The position numbers and the translations under genes are program-made. Under the pieces are notes generated by a model, which saw only the letters and a program-made list of their open reading frames with translations, did not search any database and was not told the DNA's origin. A DNA stretch of 64,000 nt from Methanobacteriota archaeon (lineage in GTDB: Archaea; Halobacteriota; Methanomicrobia; Methanomicrobiales; Methanoculleaceae), in NCBI GenBank assembly GCA_023436625.1, contig JAEZIP010000057.1:8313-72312 (forward strand), written 5' to 3'. Below, one piece after another: positions 1-9,882 of the stretch. The first letter of the stretch is position 1. Each line of letters begins with the position of its first letter.

Positions 1-5
1 TAACG

Positions 6-284
6 GTGTTTGATGCCAATGCCACTCGCATTCGTGTTCCTGTCTGTTCGGAAGTATATCGACTTGAGGCGGATGGGGATGTAACATCGTCTATCAAGAA
101 TGACGGATCGTCCATCAAGAATGACGGGAGGGAGTACCACTTTGAAATTTCGGTCGACGGTGAAGATCCGGAGGTCTTTACGTTTTCCATCGCGCGTTGC
201 CACTCTCTTGCAATCTCCGTCCGGACGGAGTGCGATATCCAGGCTCTCATGATTACGAGCAACTATGCGGTGCCCGCCACGTAA
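6..284 (+). CDS. hypothetical protein, probably the C-terminal part of an ORF open to the window edge
   Basis: Frame is open to position 3. Contains a perfect-register 21-nt tandem duplication (87-107 and 108-128) encoding SSIKNDG twice. No recognisable family. Confidence 0.3.
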   Translation: MFDANATRIRVPVCSEVYRLEADGDVTSSIKNDGSSIKNDGREYHFEISVDGEDPEVFTFSIARCHSLAISVRTECDIQALMITSNYAVPAT

Positions 285-1003
285 AATGGTACCTCAATAT
301 CGGGTGAGGTCCCGGACAAATAGTGATTGCTTTGCTGAGGGTTGTCGGGTAACTATTGCTGAATACCGGTGAAGCTGGAGACTATGATTGTCACGCGGTT
401 GGGGGGGCGGTTGCGGGGTCCGGGACGCTTCACGTGACCGGGGAAAACTCCGGGTTCTGACCGACCCGTATCTGGCGATTCGGCTGTGTTCTGACATGTA
501 AATGCACCTCGTCTGTTCAAAACAGACCCATCCGATTGGCAGCATCCGATCCACGCCCCAGCTTCAGTTACCCGGCCTCCTGGGGGGCTAACTCTCAGCG
601 GTCCTTGCCGGGAACAACTGCGACGGTGCCCGACTCCGGGAGGGGGTTTGGCTATAGCAGGTTCATGGCTATCACTCTGGGCGTCCGATGACGGATCGGC
701 GGCGCGTCGTGCTGATCCCTCTCCGGGCGACAGGGACATACAGTCCGGGGTGATCCCCTGCAATAAGAAGATTTATGATGAGTTCGGAAAAAACCGAACG
801 ATGGCTGCCGATTTTATATGTTATAACGACTCAAAATCGCGTTGGGTGCCGCGTGCGGTACCCGTTTGTGTGCGGGGGCACCCATCCCCGGTTGACGCCC
901 TGGATGAAGAACCCCGCAAGCCCGGAGGCAATGAGGTGTACGCAGTCTCTCTACTTGAAGGTGTGCTCTGTCCGCCTCTGGGGAAAAACCGGAGGAAAAA
1001 CAT

Positions 1004-1951
1004 ATGAACGGAAAAATTGGACTGCGGGCATTCTCCACGCTCTTGGTGGTAATGCTGGTGAGTGTGGTGGTGCCTGCAGTGAGTGCCTGGACGGAAAACG
1101 ATCCGATCTGTATCGAAGATCAAGCCAAAATCCAGGGGTTATTCAAACCTATCGACGAAAACATCCGTGTGATTACCGCAGAGGATTTAATGGTGTCCGA
1201 TCGTGCGAGTTCAGTGAGATGTTCTGAATTGTTATCGGAAATCATGGAGAAATATGACCAAAACCTTGAGGGCATTATCTCCATTCTGGAGAAGACCACA
1301 GATGTTCAACCTGACGAGAAGGACCGAACCGTTCTGAAGGAAGTGATTGTCGGTGAGCATTTCAGACGAGTGTGTGACGAAATACTGATGGAACAGCGTG
1401 ATCTTCGGGAGGAGGACGCTCTGATCGTCCAGCCGCAGATCCTTGGTGTTGCGGATTGTCAGGAAGATATGGACAAGATGCTTGCAGAAACAGACAGGTG
1501 GGATACGTTCATCCTGGCCCAGTGCTCGCCGGATGTGTACGGCGGAACCGGACTTGACGGTGCAAATCTACCTTACTCAGTAAATGGAGGCAATAACCTC
1601 TATGAAGTGGGTGTCTGGCCTGGCAGCCCGACCACATATCAGCTGCGCTATTATGACGAAGACCACCCGAGCCCGGTGACGGATATCGAGTACGATGCAT
1701 TCAGGCTTTTATACTACGGAACTCTTGAAGATCGTGCCTTGTTTGATGTAACGGGCTCTCAGATCTACTTCAATTATTGTTGGAATGATGGTTACACGTA
1801 TGCTTGGCTCTACGGGATTCATGGGTATCAGTACAGGCCCAAGACCTCCGTGATCTACACCAGCAATATCTGGAACCATGATATCGACACTTACAACAGC
1901 AACCCGAATATCGGGCAGCTTGTCATGTCGGTACCCTACATTCAACAGTAA
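1004..1951 (+). CDS. secreted hypothetical protein (signal peptide, aromatic-rich C-terminal domain)
   Basis: ATG start. N-terminal hydrophobic segment LLVVMLVSVVVPAVSA followed by W. Y/W-rich C-terminal half. T-run after the stop. GC is lower than in the neighbouring genes. Confidence 0.6.
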   Translation: MNGKIGLRAFSTLLVVMLVSVVVPAVSAWTENDPICIEDQAKIQGLFKPIDENIRVITAEDLMVSDRASSVRCSELLSEIMEKYDQNLEGIISILEKTTDVQPDEKDRTVLKEVIVGEHFRRVCDEILMEQRDLREEDALIVQPQILGVADCQEDMDKMLAETDRWDTFILAQCSPDVYGGTGLDGANLPYSVNGGNNLYEVGVWPGSPTTYQLRYYDEDHPSPVTDIEYDAFRLLYYGTLEDRALFDVTGSQIYFNYCWNDGYTYAWLYGIHGYQYRPKTSVIYTSNIWNHDIDTYNSNPNIGQLVMSVPYIQQ

Positions 1952-1968
1952 TCTCTTTTTTAGTTTGA

Positions 1969-3144
1969 GTGAATGAGAAATTGGGAAAACAGGCTGTAAT
2001 TATGGAGACCACAACCTTTCACTATCCCCGAAGAAGTGCAATGTATGCAATACTCATTCTTCTTTTAGCGCTAACCATACCGTTCTTTGCCGGATGCATT
2101 GACAGGGGGCATAGAGACCTCACTCTGGACACATGGGTCCTCAAGACCGATTCGGACGGATCCCTCCAGTGGACTGCGATCATTGACGGCGACCCAAACG
2201 GCAGAGGGCAGGCGATGATTCAGACCCGCGACGGCGGGTACGCAATCACGGGCACGGGAACGAACGCCGATGGGAACGGCCCGGTCCCCCGCATCGTTAC
2301 TCTCGACGGAGACGGGAATGTCATATCAACCATGACCTTCGGTACGTCGCCGGATTACGGCAGCTCGCTGGTCGAGGCACCGGACGGCGGATACGTCGTT
2401 GCCATGTATTCTGGGTTTCTAACACGGGTGGATGAAAATGGGAACGCCCTCTGGAGCACGCCGCTCGGCGGGGGGAGCGACTGGTGGAAGGTCGTCTGGG
2501 CGCAGGACGGGGGGTATGCCGCAGCCGGGGATGCCAGGATCGTCAGGGTAGGCGAGGACGGGGAGATCGCATGGACTGCAGCGTTTGAAACCGACCGGAA
2601 CGTTGGTACGATCGCCGCGATACTCTCGGGAGGTTTCGTCGCAGGAGGGACTGCCGGAGCGGATGTATGGGTCGCGAGACTCGATGCCGAGGGAAATACC
2701 GTCTGGGACGAGACGCTCGGGAGCCGATCGCGCGATGACCTCTACGTTGTCCGCATCTCTCCTGCCGGAACCTACGATCTCGTCTATGGCATCGTCCTGG
2801 ATGCAGGGAATGAAACAGCTGACGGGCGGTTTACGGAGACGATCGAAGCCTCTCTTGCCGCGGTGGACGGCAGGTTGATCGGGGAAAGACCATTGAACGC
2901 CTCCCGGGTCATCGTCACGACGGAGGACGGCGGATATGCATATGCCGGTTTTATTGTTCCCGAGTTTATCGGACTCCAACCGCTGAGCTATCCGGGCTCT
3001 TCCCTTCACGTCATCAGACTCGATGGCGAGGGAATGATCGCGTGGGATGCATCGTACGACATCGGGGATGATAGATCGGTCGTCTCGATCATTCGGACGT
3101 CGGACGACGGATTTGCTGTCCTTGGGAGCGTATATGATTTCTGA
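1969..3144 (+). CDS. lipoprotein with DGGY beta-propeller-like repeats
   Basis: Lipobox-like FFAGC after a hydrophobic segment. Repeated motif [ST]xDGG[YF]xxxG ... LDxxGxxxW occurs at least 6 times. The exact start is uncertain (GTG 1969 or an internal ATG). Confidence 0.7.
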   Translation: MNEKLGKQAVIMETTTFHYPRRSAMYAILILLLALTIPFFAGCIDRGHRDLTLDTWVLKTDSDGSLQWTAIIDGDPNGRGQAMIQTRDGGYAITGTGTNADGNGPVPRIVTLDGDGNVISTMTFGTSPDYGSSLVEAPDGGYVVAMYSGFLTRVDENGNALWSTPLGGGSDWWKVVWAQDGGYAAAGDARIVRVGEDGEIAWTAAFETDRNVGTIAAILSGGFVAGGTAGADVWVARLDAEGNTVWDETLGSRSRDDLYVVRISPAGTYDLVYGIVLDAGNETADGRFTETIEASLAAVDGRLIGERPLNASRVIVTTEDGGYAYAGFIVPEFIGLQPLSYPGSSLHVIRLDGEGMIAWDASYDIGDDRSVVSIIRTSDDGFAVLGSVYDF

Positions 3145-3196
3145 GCGCTATACTCCGTATCAAACATTTTTACAACTCACCGGGGAGCACGAACCG

Positions 3197-4303
3197 ATGA
3201 TACCAACTAAAAGAAACCTCCAGACCCTCGCGGCGGTTGCCGCGTTCATCCTGCTAACCACCGCTACCGGATGCCTCGACCGGCCGCTGACGCCGGGCCA
3301 CCGCACGCTGGAGGGGGACGTCTGGGTGCTGAAACTGGACGATGCCGGGGACCGGGAATGGTTCACCGTCATCGACAGCGGGAGGTTCGACGAAGCGTTC
3401 TCCATCGTCGAGGTTCCCGGCGGTTACGCAATTGCCGGTTCGGTCTCGGATGCAGGCGAGTTCCACCCTGCGCCACGGGTAATCCTCCTGGATCGGGAAG
3501 GGTCGCTCATATGGGATACGACCTATCCGACGCTTGAAGACCGCCGCGGGACGGGGATCGCGTCTGCCGGTACAGGAGGGTTCGCCGTCGTGGCTTCCCG
3601 CGGCCTCCTCATCCTGACGGATGGGGACGGGAGCGAGCGGCACCGCACGGACCTTGCCGCGGAGGGGGAGTACTGGGCGATCGCACCCTCGGGTGCCGGG
3701 AGCTGGATCGCGGCTGGTGACGACCGGGTTTCGAGGATCGACGCTAACGGCAGCGTCACCTTGCAGGACCCGGCCGGGGGCGTGAGTCCGGATTCGATCC
3801 CGATTATCGTTTCGGACCCGGCGGGAGGGTTCCTCGTCGCCGGAGAGGCTGCAGGGATGCCTGGAGCCATCACAGCGGCGAAGTTCGACGACCGGGGCGC
3901 ACCGGTCTGGAATATAACGATCCGGGGCGGCCCCGGAGAGCGGTACCTCCTCTCGGCGGCGCGGCAGGACCCGGCCGGCGGTTACAGCCTGCTTGCCGGG
4001 GTCACGGGTGCGGAACCAGCGGGAGTTCTGGAGGTCTCGCTCGACGAGGACGGGAGCATCCTCCGGCGGAGCGCGATCAATGCCTCATCTCCGGTGACCT
4101 GGGCCCCTGACGGCGGATACCTCTCGGCGGCCCTTGCCGAAAACGACTACGGCGGTGCCCTGCTCCGGATGGAGAGGTTCGATGAGGACGGAGCCGCGTC
4201 CTGGACATCGACGCAGCGGCTCGACGAGTACAGCAGGGTCGAGGCCCTCATCCCGACGGCAGATGGCGGGTCGGCGGTGCTTGGGATGTACATGAAGTAC
4301 TGA
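3197..4303 (+). CDS. lipoprotein with DGGY-type repeats, tandem paralog of 1969..3144
   Basis: ATG at 3197 gives MIPTKRNLQTLAAVAAFILLTTATGC (signal plus lipobox Cys). It has the same DGG[YF]/LDxxGxxxW repeat architecture. The upstream part of the 418-aa ORF overlaps the previous gene and was discarded. Confidence 0.7.
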   Translation: MIPTKRNLQTLAAVAAFILLTTATGCLDRPLTPGHRTLEGDVWVLKLDDAGDREWFTVIDSGRFDEAFSIVEVPGGYAIAGSVSDAGEFHPAPRVILLDREGSLIWDTTYPTLEDRRGTGIASAGTGGFAVVASRGLLILTDGDGSERHRTDLAAEGEYWAIAPSGAGSWIAAGDDRVSRIDANGSVTLQDPAGGVSPDSIPIIVSDPAGGFLVAGEAAGMPGAITAAKFDDRGAPVWNITIRGGPGERYLLSAARQDPAGGYSLLAGVTGAEPAGVLEVSLDEDGSILRRSAINASSPVTWAPDGGYLSAALAENDYGGALLRMERFDEDGAASWTSTQRLDEYSRVEALIPTADGGSAVLGMYMKY

Positions 4304-4404
4304 TGCCGGGGAGAGGGACCGGTTCCACTGGATCCCGGGAGGAGTCTCCCCCACGCGCAGAACAACAACCCTTAAGAGCAACCTTACGAGAGATACTACC
4401 TAAG

Positions 4405-5310
4405 ATGCTCGATCAGTTCAAGGGCTGCCTCCTCGGGGCCGCCATCGGGGACGCGCTCGGCATGGCCCGGGAGAGCACGCCGCCCGACTTCCAGCGCCTC
4501 CACGAGGGCTACCGCCGGGCGTGGCGGGGGCACCCGAACGCCGGGCTGAAACCCGGGCAGTTCACCGACGACACCCAGATGATGCTCCTTGTCGCCGGGA
4601 TGCTCGCCGACGGCACATTCTCCGAGCAGGCATATGCGGCCGCCCTTGCCCGGATGTACATGAACGAGGAGCTCCGGTTCCCCGACGGGGCCGTGGACGC
4701 CGCGTGCCGGCACCTGCTCCTCGCCGGCGGCAAACCGGGCGGCGTCGCCTCCAATACCGCCGGCTGCACCGGCATCGCCGTCCCGTTCGGCCTCCTCTAC
4801 GGCGACCCCATCGACGTGACCGAACGGGTGGTCCAGGCCTGCAGCGTCACCCATACCCACCCGGCGGCGCATGCGGGAGCGGTCACCGTCGCGATGCTCG
4901 TCCACCACGCCGTCCGCGGCCGTCCGGACGCCCTCGCTCTTGCCGCGAAGCATGCCACCCTCGAGGACGTCGCCCTCGGCAACAAGATCCGCGACGCTGT
5001 CCGCCTGGCAAACGAGGGTATCAGTCTTGAGAGCGCGTTATCGGTGATAGGCAACGACGTGACCGTTTACCAGACCGTTCCGCTCGCGTTCTTCCTGATC
5101 AACCGCATCAAGGACGTCATGGCTCTCCTCACCACCGCCGCACATGTCGGGGGGAACACCGACACCATCGCGCTCATCTGCGGGGCCTACGCGGGCGCGA
5201 CCTACGGGAAAACTGCATTGCCGCAGGTTCTCCTCGAAGGGCTCGAAGGAAGAGACGAGATCGAGTCGACGGCTGCCCGGCTCTACGAGCGATACACCAC
5301 AAAGCCTTAA
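4405..5310 (+). CDS. ADP-ribosylglycohydrolase family protein
   Basis: Motifs [20 protein letters not shown] and [20 protein letters not shown] are typical of the ARH/DraG family. The start was chosen at ATG 4405 (MLDQFKG). Confidence 0.85.
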   Translation: MLDQFKGCLLGAAIGDALGMARESTPPDFQRLHEGYRRAWRGHPNAGLKPGQFTDDTQMMLLVAGMLADGTFSEQAYAAALARMYMNEELRFPDGAVDAACRHLLLAGGKPGGVASNTAGCTGIAVPFGLLYGDPIDVTERVVQACSVTHTHPAAHAGAVTVAMLVHHAVRGRPDALALAAKHATLEDVALGNKIRDAVRLANEGISLESALSVIGNDVTVYQTVPLAFFLINRIKDVMALLTTAAHVGGNTDTIALICGAYAGATYGKTALPQVLLEGLEGRDEIESTAARLYERYTTKP

Positions 5311-5336
5311 GATTCTATAAAAGACACCTCTTTCTT

Positions 5337-6323
5337 ATGGAAATTGCGATTATCGGTGCATCCGGATACACCGGCGGCGAGTTAATGCGGCTCCTGCTGC
5401 ACCACTCGTCCGCGGATGTCGTCGCTGCGACGTCCCGGAAGCTGGACGGCACCCCCGTCGCCTCGGTCCATCCCCACCTCCGGGGACTGACCGATCTCGT
5501 CTTCCGGAACACCGAAGCCGGCGATATCGATGCCGATTTCGCCTTCCTCGCCGTACCGCACACGGCAGCGATGAAGGTGGCCGGGACGCTGGTGGAACGG
5601 GGGATCAGGACCGTCGACCTCTCGGCCGACTACCGGCTCGCGAAGGATGTATACGAGAAGACCTACGGCGTGCCCCACGAGGCTTACTTCGAGGCGCCCT
5701 ACGGCCTGCCCGAACTCCACCGGGACGAGGTCAGGGGGGCCACCTTCGTCGCGAACCCGGGCTGCTTCCCGACCGGGGCGACGCTTGCGGCGGCACCGCT
5801 TGCGACGTTCGCCCACACCATCATCTACGACTCGAAGACCGGGGTCTCCGGGGCCGGGAACACCCCGTCCGCGACCACCCACTACGGAAACGTCGGCGAC
5901 AATTTCAGCGCCTACAAGTGGACGACCCACCGGCACCTCGCGGAGATGAAGCAGGAGGCCGCCCGGCTCGGCTCAGACGCCCGGTGCTACTTCACGCCGC
6001 ACCTCCTCCCGGTGAACCGGGGGATCCTCACGACGGCCCACATCCTCCTCCGCGAGCCGATGGAGCAGGAAGAGGCGGAGGCGCTCTACCGGAAGTTCTA
6101 CGCGAACGAGTTCTTCGTCCGCTACCAGAGACCGACTCTCGCATCCGTGCGAGGCACGAACTTCTGCGACGTGGCGGTCGAGAGCGAGGGCGACCGGGTC
6201 GTCGCGGTCTCCGCGATCGACAACCTGGTCAAGGGCGCAAGCGGCCAGGCGATCCAGAACATGAACCTGATGTGCGGGTTTGCGGAAGACGACGGTCTCC
6301 GCAACGCCGGGATGCTCCCCTGA
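5337..6323 (+). CDS. argC: N-acetyl-gamma-glutamyl-phosphate reductase
   Basis: N-terminal [12 protein letters not shown] Rossmann motif. Catalytic-Cys region NPGCFPTG. C-terminal [11 protein letters not shown]. Lies next to argJ and argB. Confidence 0.93.
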   Translation: MEIAIIGASGYTGGELMRLLLHHSSADVVAATSRKLDGTPVASVHPHLRGLTDLVFRNTEAGDIDADFAFLAVPHTAAMKVAGTLVERGIRTVDLSADYRLAKDVYEKTYGVPHEAYFEAPYGLPELHRDEVRGATFVANPGCFPTGATLAAAPLATFAHTIIYDSKTGVSGAGNTPSATTHYGNVGDNFSAYKWTTHRHLAEMKQEAARLGSDARCYFTPHLLPVNRGILTTAHILLREPMEQEEAEALYRKFYANEFFVRYQRPTLASVRGTNFCDVAVESEGDRVVAVSAIDNLVKGASGQAIQNMNLMCGFAEDDGLRNAGMLP

Positions 6324-6333
6324 GGTGACGAAG

Positions 6334-6819
6334 ATGCTTGTCAGGGATATTATGACACCGGACCCCGTGACCGTCCGGGTCGACTCACCGGTGCGTGAGG
6401 CGGCAGGATTGCTCCGGAAATACCATATCGGCGGCCTTCCCGTGATGGACGGGGAGCGGGTGGCGGGAATCGTCACCGAGACCGATATCCTCTCGCTCCT
6501 CGACGTCGGCGACCTCTCCGACGACCTCTGGCTCCCGTCGCCGCTCGAGGTGATCGAGGTCCCGGTCAGGGAGTTCATCAACTGGGAGAAGACGAAGCGT
6601 GCACTCACCGATATCGGCGATATGGAGATTCGGCGGGTGATGAGCAGCCCGGTTATTGCCATCGACGAGGATTCGGATATCGCCGATGCCGCCGCCCAGA
6701 TGCTCCACGAAGGTATCGCACGCCTCCCGGTGCTCCGCGACGGAAAACTGGTCGGGATCGTCACCCGGGCAGACATCGTCCAGGGCCTCGGGGCGTCTTC
6801 CCGGGAGGAGGAGTCGTGA
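6334..6819 (+). CDS. CBS domain pair protein
   Basis: Two CBS repeats: VRDIMTPDPVTV...HIGGLPV and VMSSPVIAIDED...GIARLPVL...GIVTRADI. ATG at 6334. Its stop overlaps the argJ GTG start. Confidence 0.85.
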   Translation: MLVRDIMTPDPVTVRVDSPVREAAGLLRKYHIGGLPVMDGERVAGIVTETDILSLLDVGDLSDDLWLPSPLEVIEVPVREFINWEKTKRALTDIGDMEIRRVMSSPVIAIDEDSDIADAAAQMLHEGIARLPVLRDGKLVGIVTRADIVQGLGASSREEES

Positions 6820-7967
6820 AGAGCATCTGCGCGGTCAAGGGCGTAGCGGCCTCGGGGATCAAGGAGAGGAAGTTCGGGCTTGCCCTGATCCGGGCGAGCG
6901 GGACCGCGGCCGGCGTCTTCACCTCGAACAGGATGCGGGCGGCCCCGGTCGAAGTGATGGTGGACCGGATGCGCCGGGGCACCCTCGACGCCATCGTCGT
7001 GAACAGCGGGTGCGCGAACGCCTACACCGGCGAGCGGGGATACCGTGACGCCGTCGAGATGTGCGAGATTGCGGCCGGCGCCCTCGACCTCGACCCCGAG
7101 TCGGTCGGCGTCGCGAGCACCGGGGTGATCGGGCGCTACCTCGACCTCCCCCTCATCCGGGACCAGTGCGGCCGGGTCGCGCCGCTCCTCGCCCGGAGCG
7201 GCGACGCCGAGGACGCGGCGGCGAGGGCGATCATGACCACCGACACCTTCCCAAAACACGCCCTCGTCGAGACTGAATCGTTTGCCGTCGGCGGGATCAC
7301 CAAGGGGAGCGGGATGATCGCCCCGAACATGGGGACGATGCTCGCGTTCCTCTACACCGACGCGGAGGTCGAGGCCCCGGTCCTCCAGGAGATCCTCCGC
7401 CAGGCGGCCCGGCGGTCCTTCAACCGGGTCGTGGTCGACGGCGACACGAGCACGAACGACGTGGCCCTCTGCACCGCGACCGGCGCCGCCGGCCGGGTCG
7501 ACCGTGGCGAACTTGCGAGAGCGGTCGAGGCCGTCTGCCGCGACCTCGCGATCCAGATCGCCCGCGACGGCGAGGGGGCGACGAAACTCCTCGCGGTCAC
7601 GGTTCGCGGCGCCGCCGACGAGGACGCTGCCGCCGCCGTGGCGCGGACGATCGTCGCCTCACCGCTCGTCAAGACCGCCATCTACGGCGAGGACCCGAAC
7701 TGGGGCCGGGTGGTCGCGGCCGCCGGCCGGTCGGGCGCGGAGTTCGACCCCTACGCGGTCTCGCTCTCTGTCGGCGAGGGTGCCGGGCGGACGCCGCTCG
7801 TCCTCCGCGGAGAGATCGTCGCGGATCTTTCGAAGGCGAAGGCCGCGATGCACGGTGATACCGTCACGTTCGACCTCGACCTTGCCGCAGGCGAGGGGAA
7901 GGCGACGGCGTGGGGGTGCGACCTCACTGAGAAGTACGTAGAGATCAACGGGAAGTATACGACATGA
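6816..7967 (+). CDS. argJ: bifunctional ornithine acetyltransferase / N-acetylglutamate synthase
   Basis: Autoprocessing-site region [22 protein letters not shown]-terminal INGKYTT typical of ArgJ. Confidence 0.93.
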   Translation: MKSICAVKGVAASGIKERKFGLALIRASGTAAGVFTSNRMRAAPVEVMVDRMRRGTLDAIVVNSGCANAYTGERGYRDAVEMCEIAAGALDLDPESVGVASTGVIGRYLDLPLIRDQCGRVAPLLARSGDAEDAAARAIMTTDTFPKHALVETESFAVGGITKGSGMIAPNMGTMLAFLYTDAEVEAPVLQEILRQAARRSFNRVVVDGDTSTNDVALCTATGAAGRVDRGELARAVEAVCRDLAIQIARDGEGATKLLAVTVRGAADEDAAAAVARTIVASPLVKTAIYGEDPNWGRVVAAAGRSGAEFDPYAVSLSVGEGAGRTPLVLRGEIVADLSKAKAAMHGDTVTFDLDLAAGEGKATAWGCDLTEKYVEINGKYTT

Positions 7968-8833
7968 AACGAGAAGATGTGCTGATGGAGGCACTCCCCT
8001 ACATCCAGAAGTTCCACGGCAAAACGATCGTGATCAAGCTCGGCGGCCACGCGATGGTCGACCAGAACATCCTCGAGACGGTGATCCGGGACGCCGTCCT
8101 CCTCCGCTACGTGGGGATGAAGGTCGTCCTGGTCCACGGCGGCGGCCCCGAGATCACCACGAAGATGCAGGCGATGGGCAAGGAGCCCAGGTTCGTCGGC
8201 GGCCTGCGGATCACCGATCCCGAGACCCTCGAGATCGCCCAGATGGTCCTCGTGGGAAAGATCAACGATGGAATAGTCTCTCTCATCGCGAACTGCGGCA
8301 CCCGTGCGGTCGGGATCTCCGGCAACGACGGCAACCTCCTCATCGCCCGGAAGATGGACCCCCAGCGGGTGAAAGTGGGGGAGGTCATGCAGGAGGTGGA
8401 TCTCGGCCAGGTCGGCGAGATCGAGGAGGTCGATCCCGAAGTGCTCCACTGCCTCCTTGCCCAGAACTACATCCCGGTGGTGGCCCCGATCGCCATCGAC
8501 CGGCAGGGCCGGAGCCTGAACATCAACGCCGATACCGCGGCGGCCGAGATCGCGATCGCTCTTCGGGCCTTCAAACTGATCAACCTCACAGACGTGGACG
8601 GTGTGATGAACCCCGACCGGACGATGGTCTACCACCGGCTGACGCTCCCCGAGGCGGAGGCAATGATCGGTGAAGGGATCATCGCCGGCGGAATGATCCC
8701 GAAGCTCGAAGGGTGTATGAAAGCGGTCAGGAACGGCGTCGTAAGCGCCCACGTTGTGAACGGCAACCGGGAGCACAACCTGCTCCTCGAGCTCTTCACC
8801 GACGAGGGCGTCGGGACGATGCTTTCTCAATAA
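7964..8833 (+). CDS. argB: acetylglutamate kinase
   Basis: [32 protein letters not shown] and GMIPKL motifs of the amino-acid kinase family. There is a 4-nt ATGA overlap with argJ. Confidence 0.93.
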   Translation: MKREDVLMEALPYIQKFHGKTIVIKLGGHAMVDQNILETVIRDAVLLRYVGMKVVLVHGGGPEITTKMQAMGKEPRFVGGLRITDPETLEIAQMVLVGKINDGIVSLIANCGTRAVGISGNDGNLLIARKMDPQRVKVGEVMQEVDLGQVGEIEEVDPEVLHCLLAQNYIPVVAPIAIDRQGRSLNINADTAAAEIAIALRAFKLINLTDVDGVMNPDRTMVYHRLTLPEAEAMIGEGIIAGGMIPKLEGCMKAVRNGVVSAHVVNGNREHNLLLELFTDEGVGTMLSQ

Positions 8834-8834
8834 C

Positions 8835-8843
8835 TTTTTTTTT
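8835..8843 (+). terminator. oligo-T tract (T9) after argB, archaeal-type terminator candidate
   Basis: Nine consecutive T residues begin 2 nt after the argB stop codon. Archaeal RNA polymerase terminates on oligo-T tracts. Confidence 0.4.
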
Positions 8844-8901
8844 ATGTGGTCGTCGCAAACGCTCCGGCCGGTACGGTCCCCGGGGCGTTTTGGGATGACC
8901 T

Positions 8902-9186
8902 CTATGGCAGGTTGCCGTCGCCGCTGCATTCCCGCTGCCGCTCTTCGTTCATCTCGATCAGGATCTCAAAGACCCTCCGGACAGCGACCGGGTCGATCCG
9001 GCTCTCGACGGCGTAGGTGAAGACCCGGTCGAGGACCATCCTCCGCTGCTCCTCGTCGCGGATGGGAAGATCGTTCTCCTGCTTGAGGCGGGCGATCTGC
9101 GCCGCCAGTCTCTGCCGCTCTGCAACAAGGTCGATGATCCGTTCATCTATCTTCCGGACTTCGTTCCTGACGGCATCAAGGGACAT
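8902..9186 (-). CDS. chorismate mutase (AroQ-type, monofunctional)
   Basis: MSLDAVRNEVRKIDERIIDLVAERQRLAAQIARLKQENDLPIRDEEQRRMVL matches the AroQ helical-bundle signature. The start was set to ATG 9186; the longer 150-aa ORF has an implausible N-terminal extension. Confidence 0.8.
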   Translation of the reverse strand: MSLDAVRNEVRKIDERIIDLVAERQRLAAQIARLKQENDLPIRDEEQRRMVLDRVFTYAVESRIDPVAVRRVFEILIEMNEERQRECSGDGNLP

Positions 9187-9280
9187 ACTACATGATTGGC
9201 TCCGGCCGGGGAATAAATCTGATGGGTTGGCCCCCGGGGAAGCGAAGGATATTATCGTGCCGGCACAAACCAGGTACCGG

Positions 9281-9868
9281 ATGCTGGAACGAATACCGCC
9301 ACGCGAGCGCCGTGACCTCCTGATCGCGTGGCTTGCCATCTCGGTCGCCTTCACTCTGATCTACATCCGGGGCGGGATAGACCCCATCGGGTTCGTCTTC
9401 TTCTTCGCGATGTCTCTCGTCACGGTGGGGGTCGCCTTCGTCCTCCACGAACTGGCGCACAAGTTCTCCGCCATGCGCTACGGCTACTGGGCAGAGTTCA
9501 AGAAGGACAACCAGATGCTCCTCGTCGCCGTTGTGATGGCAGCGCTCGTCGGAGTCGTCTTTGCGGCACCGGGGGCGACCTACGTCTACGGGAACGCGAA
9601 CCGGACCGAGAACGGGCGGATATCGGCGGCAGGTCCGATCACGAACCTTCTCCTCTGCATACCGTTCGCGGCCCTCATGCTCTTTGGGGGAGGCGGGCTC
9701 CTCGCTGTCGTGGGCCTCGTCGGGCTCCGGATCAACGCGATGATCGCCGCCTTCAACATGCTCCCGATCAGCGTTCTCGACGGGCGCAAGGTTCTCGCCT
9801 GGAACCCGGCCGTCTTTGCCGTGCTCATGGCTGCCTCCGCCGGGCTCCTCATCTGGTCGCTCCTCTGA
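9281..9868 (+). CDS. M50 (site-2 protease-like) membrane metalloprotease
   Basis: HELAHK zinc motif inside a TM helix, and FNMLPISVLDG (NxxPxxxLDG) in a later TM helix. Multiple TM segments. Start at ATG 9281. Confidence 0.8.
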   Translation: MLERIPPRERRDLLIAWLAISVAFTLIYIRGGIDPIGFVFFFAMSLVTVGVAFVLHELAHKFSAMRYGYWAEFKKDNQMLLVAVVMAALVGVVFAAPGATYVYGNANRTENGRISAAGPITNLLLCIPFAALMLFGGGGLLAVVGLVGLRINAMIAAFNMLPISVLDGRKVLAWNPAVFAVLMAASAGLLIWSLL

Positions 9869-9882
9869 GGCCCTTTCTTTTT

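Noticed and set aside
5973-7259. 428-aa ORF on the minus strand
   Set aside because: It is antisense to argC, the CBS gene and argJ, all of which have strong motifs. Its Arg/Pro/Gly/Asp-rich composition is typical of shadow ORFs in high-GC DNA.
7751-8929. 392-aa ORF on the minus strand
   Set aside because: Antisense shadow ORF over argB and the end of argJ.
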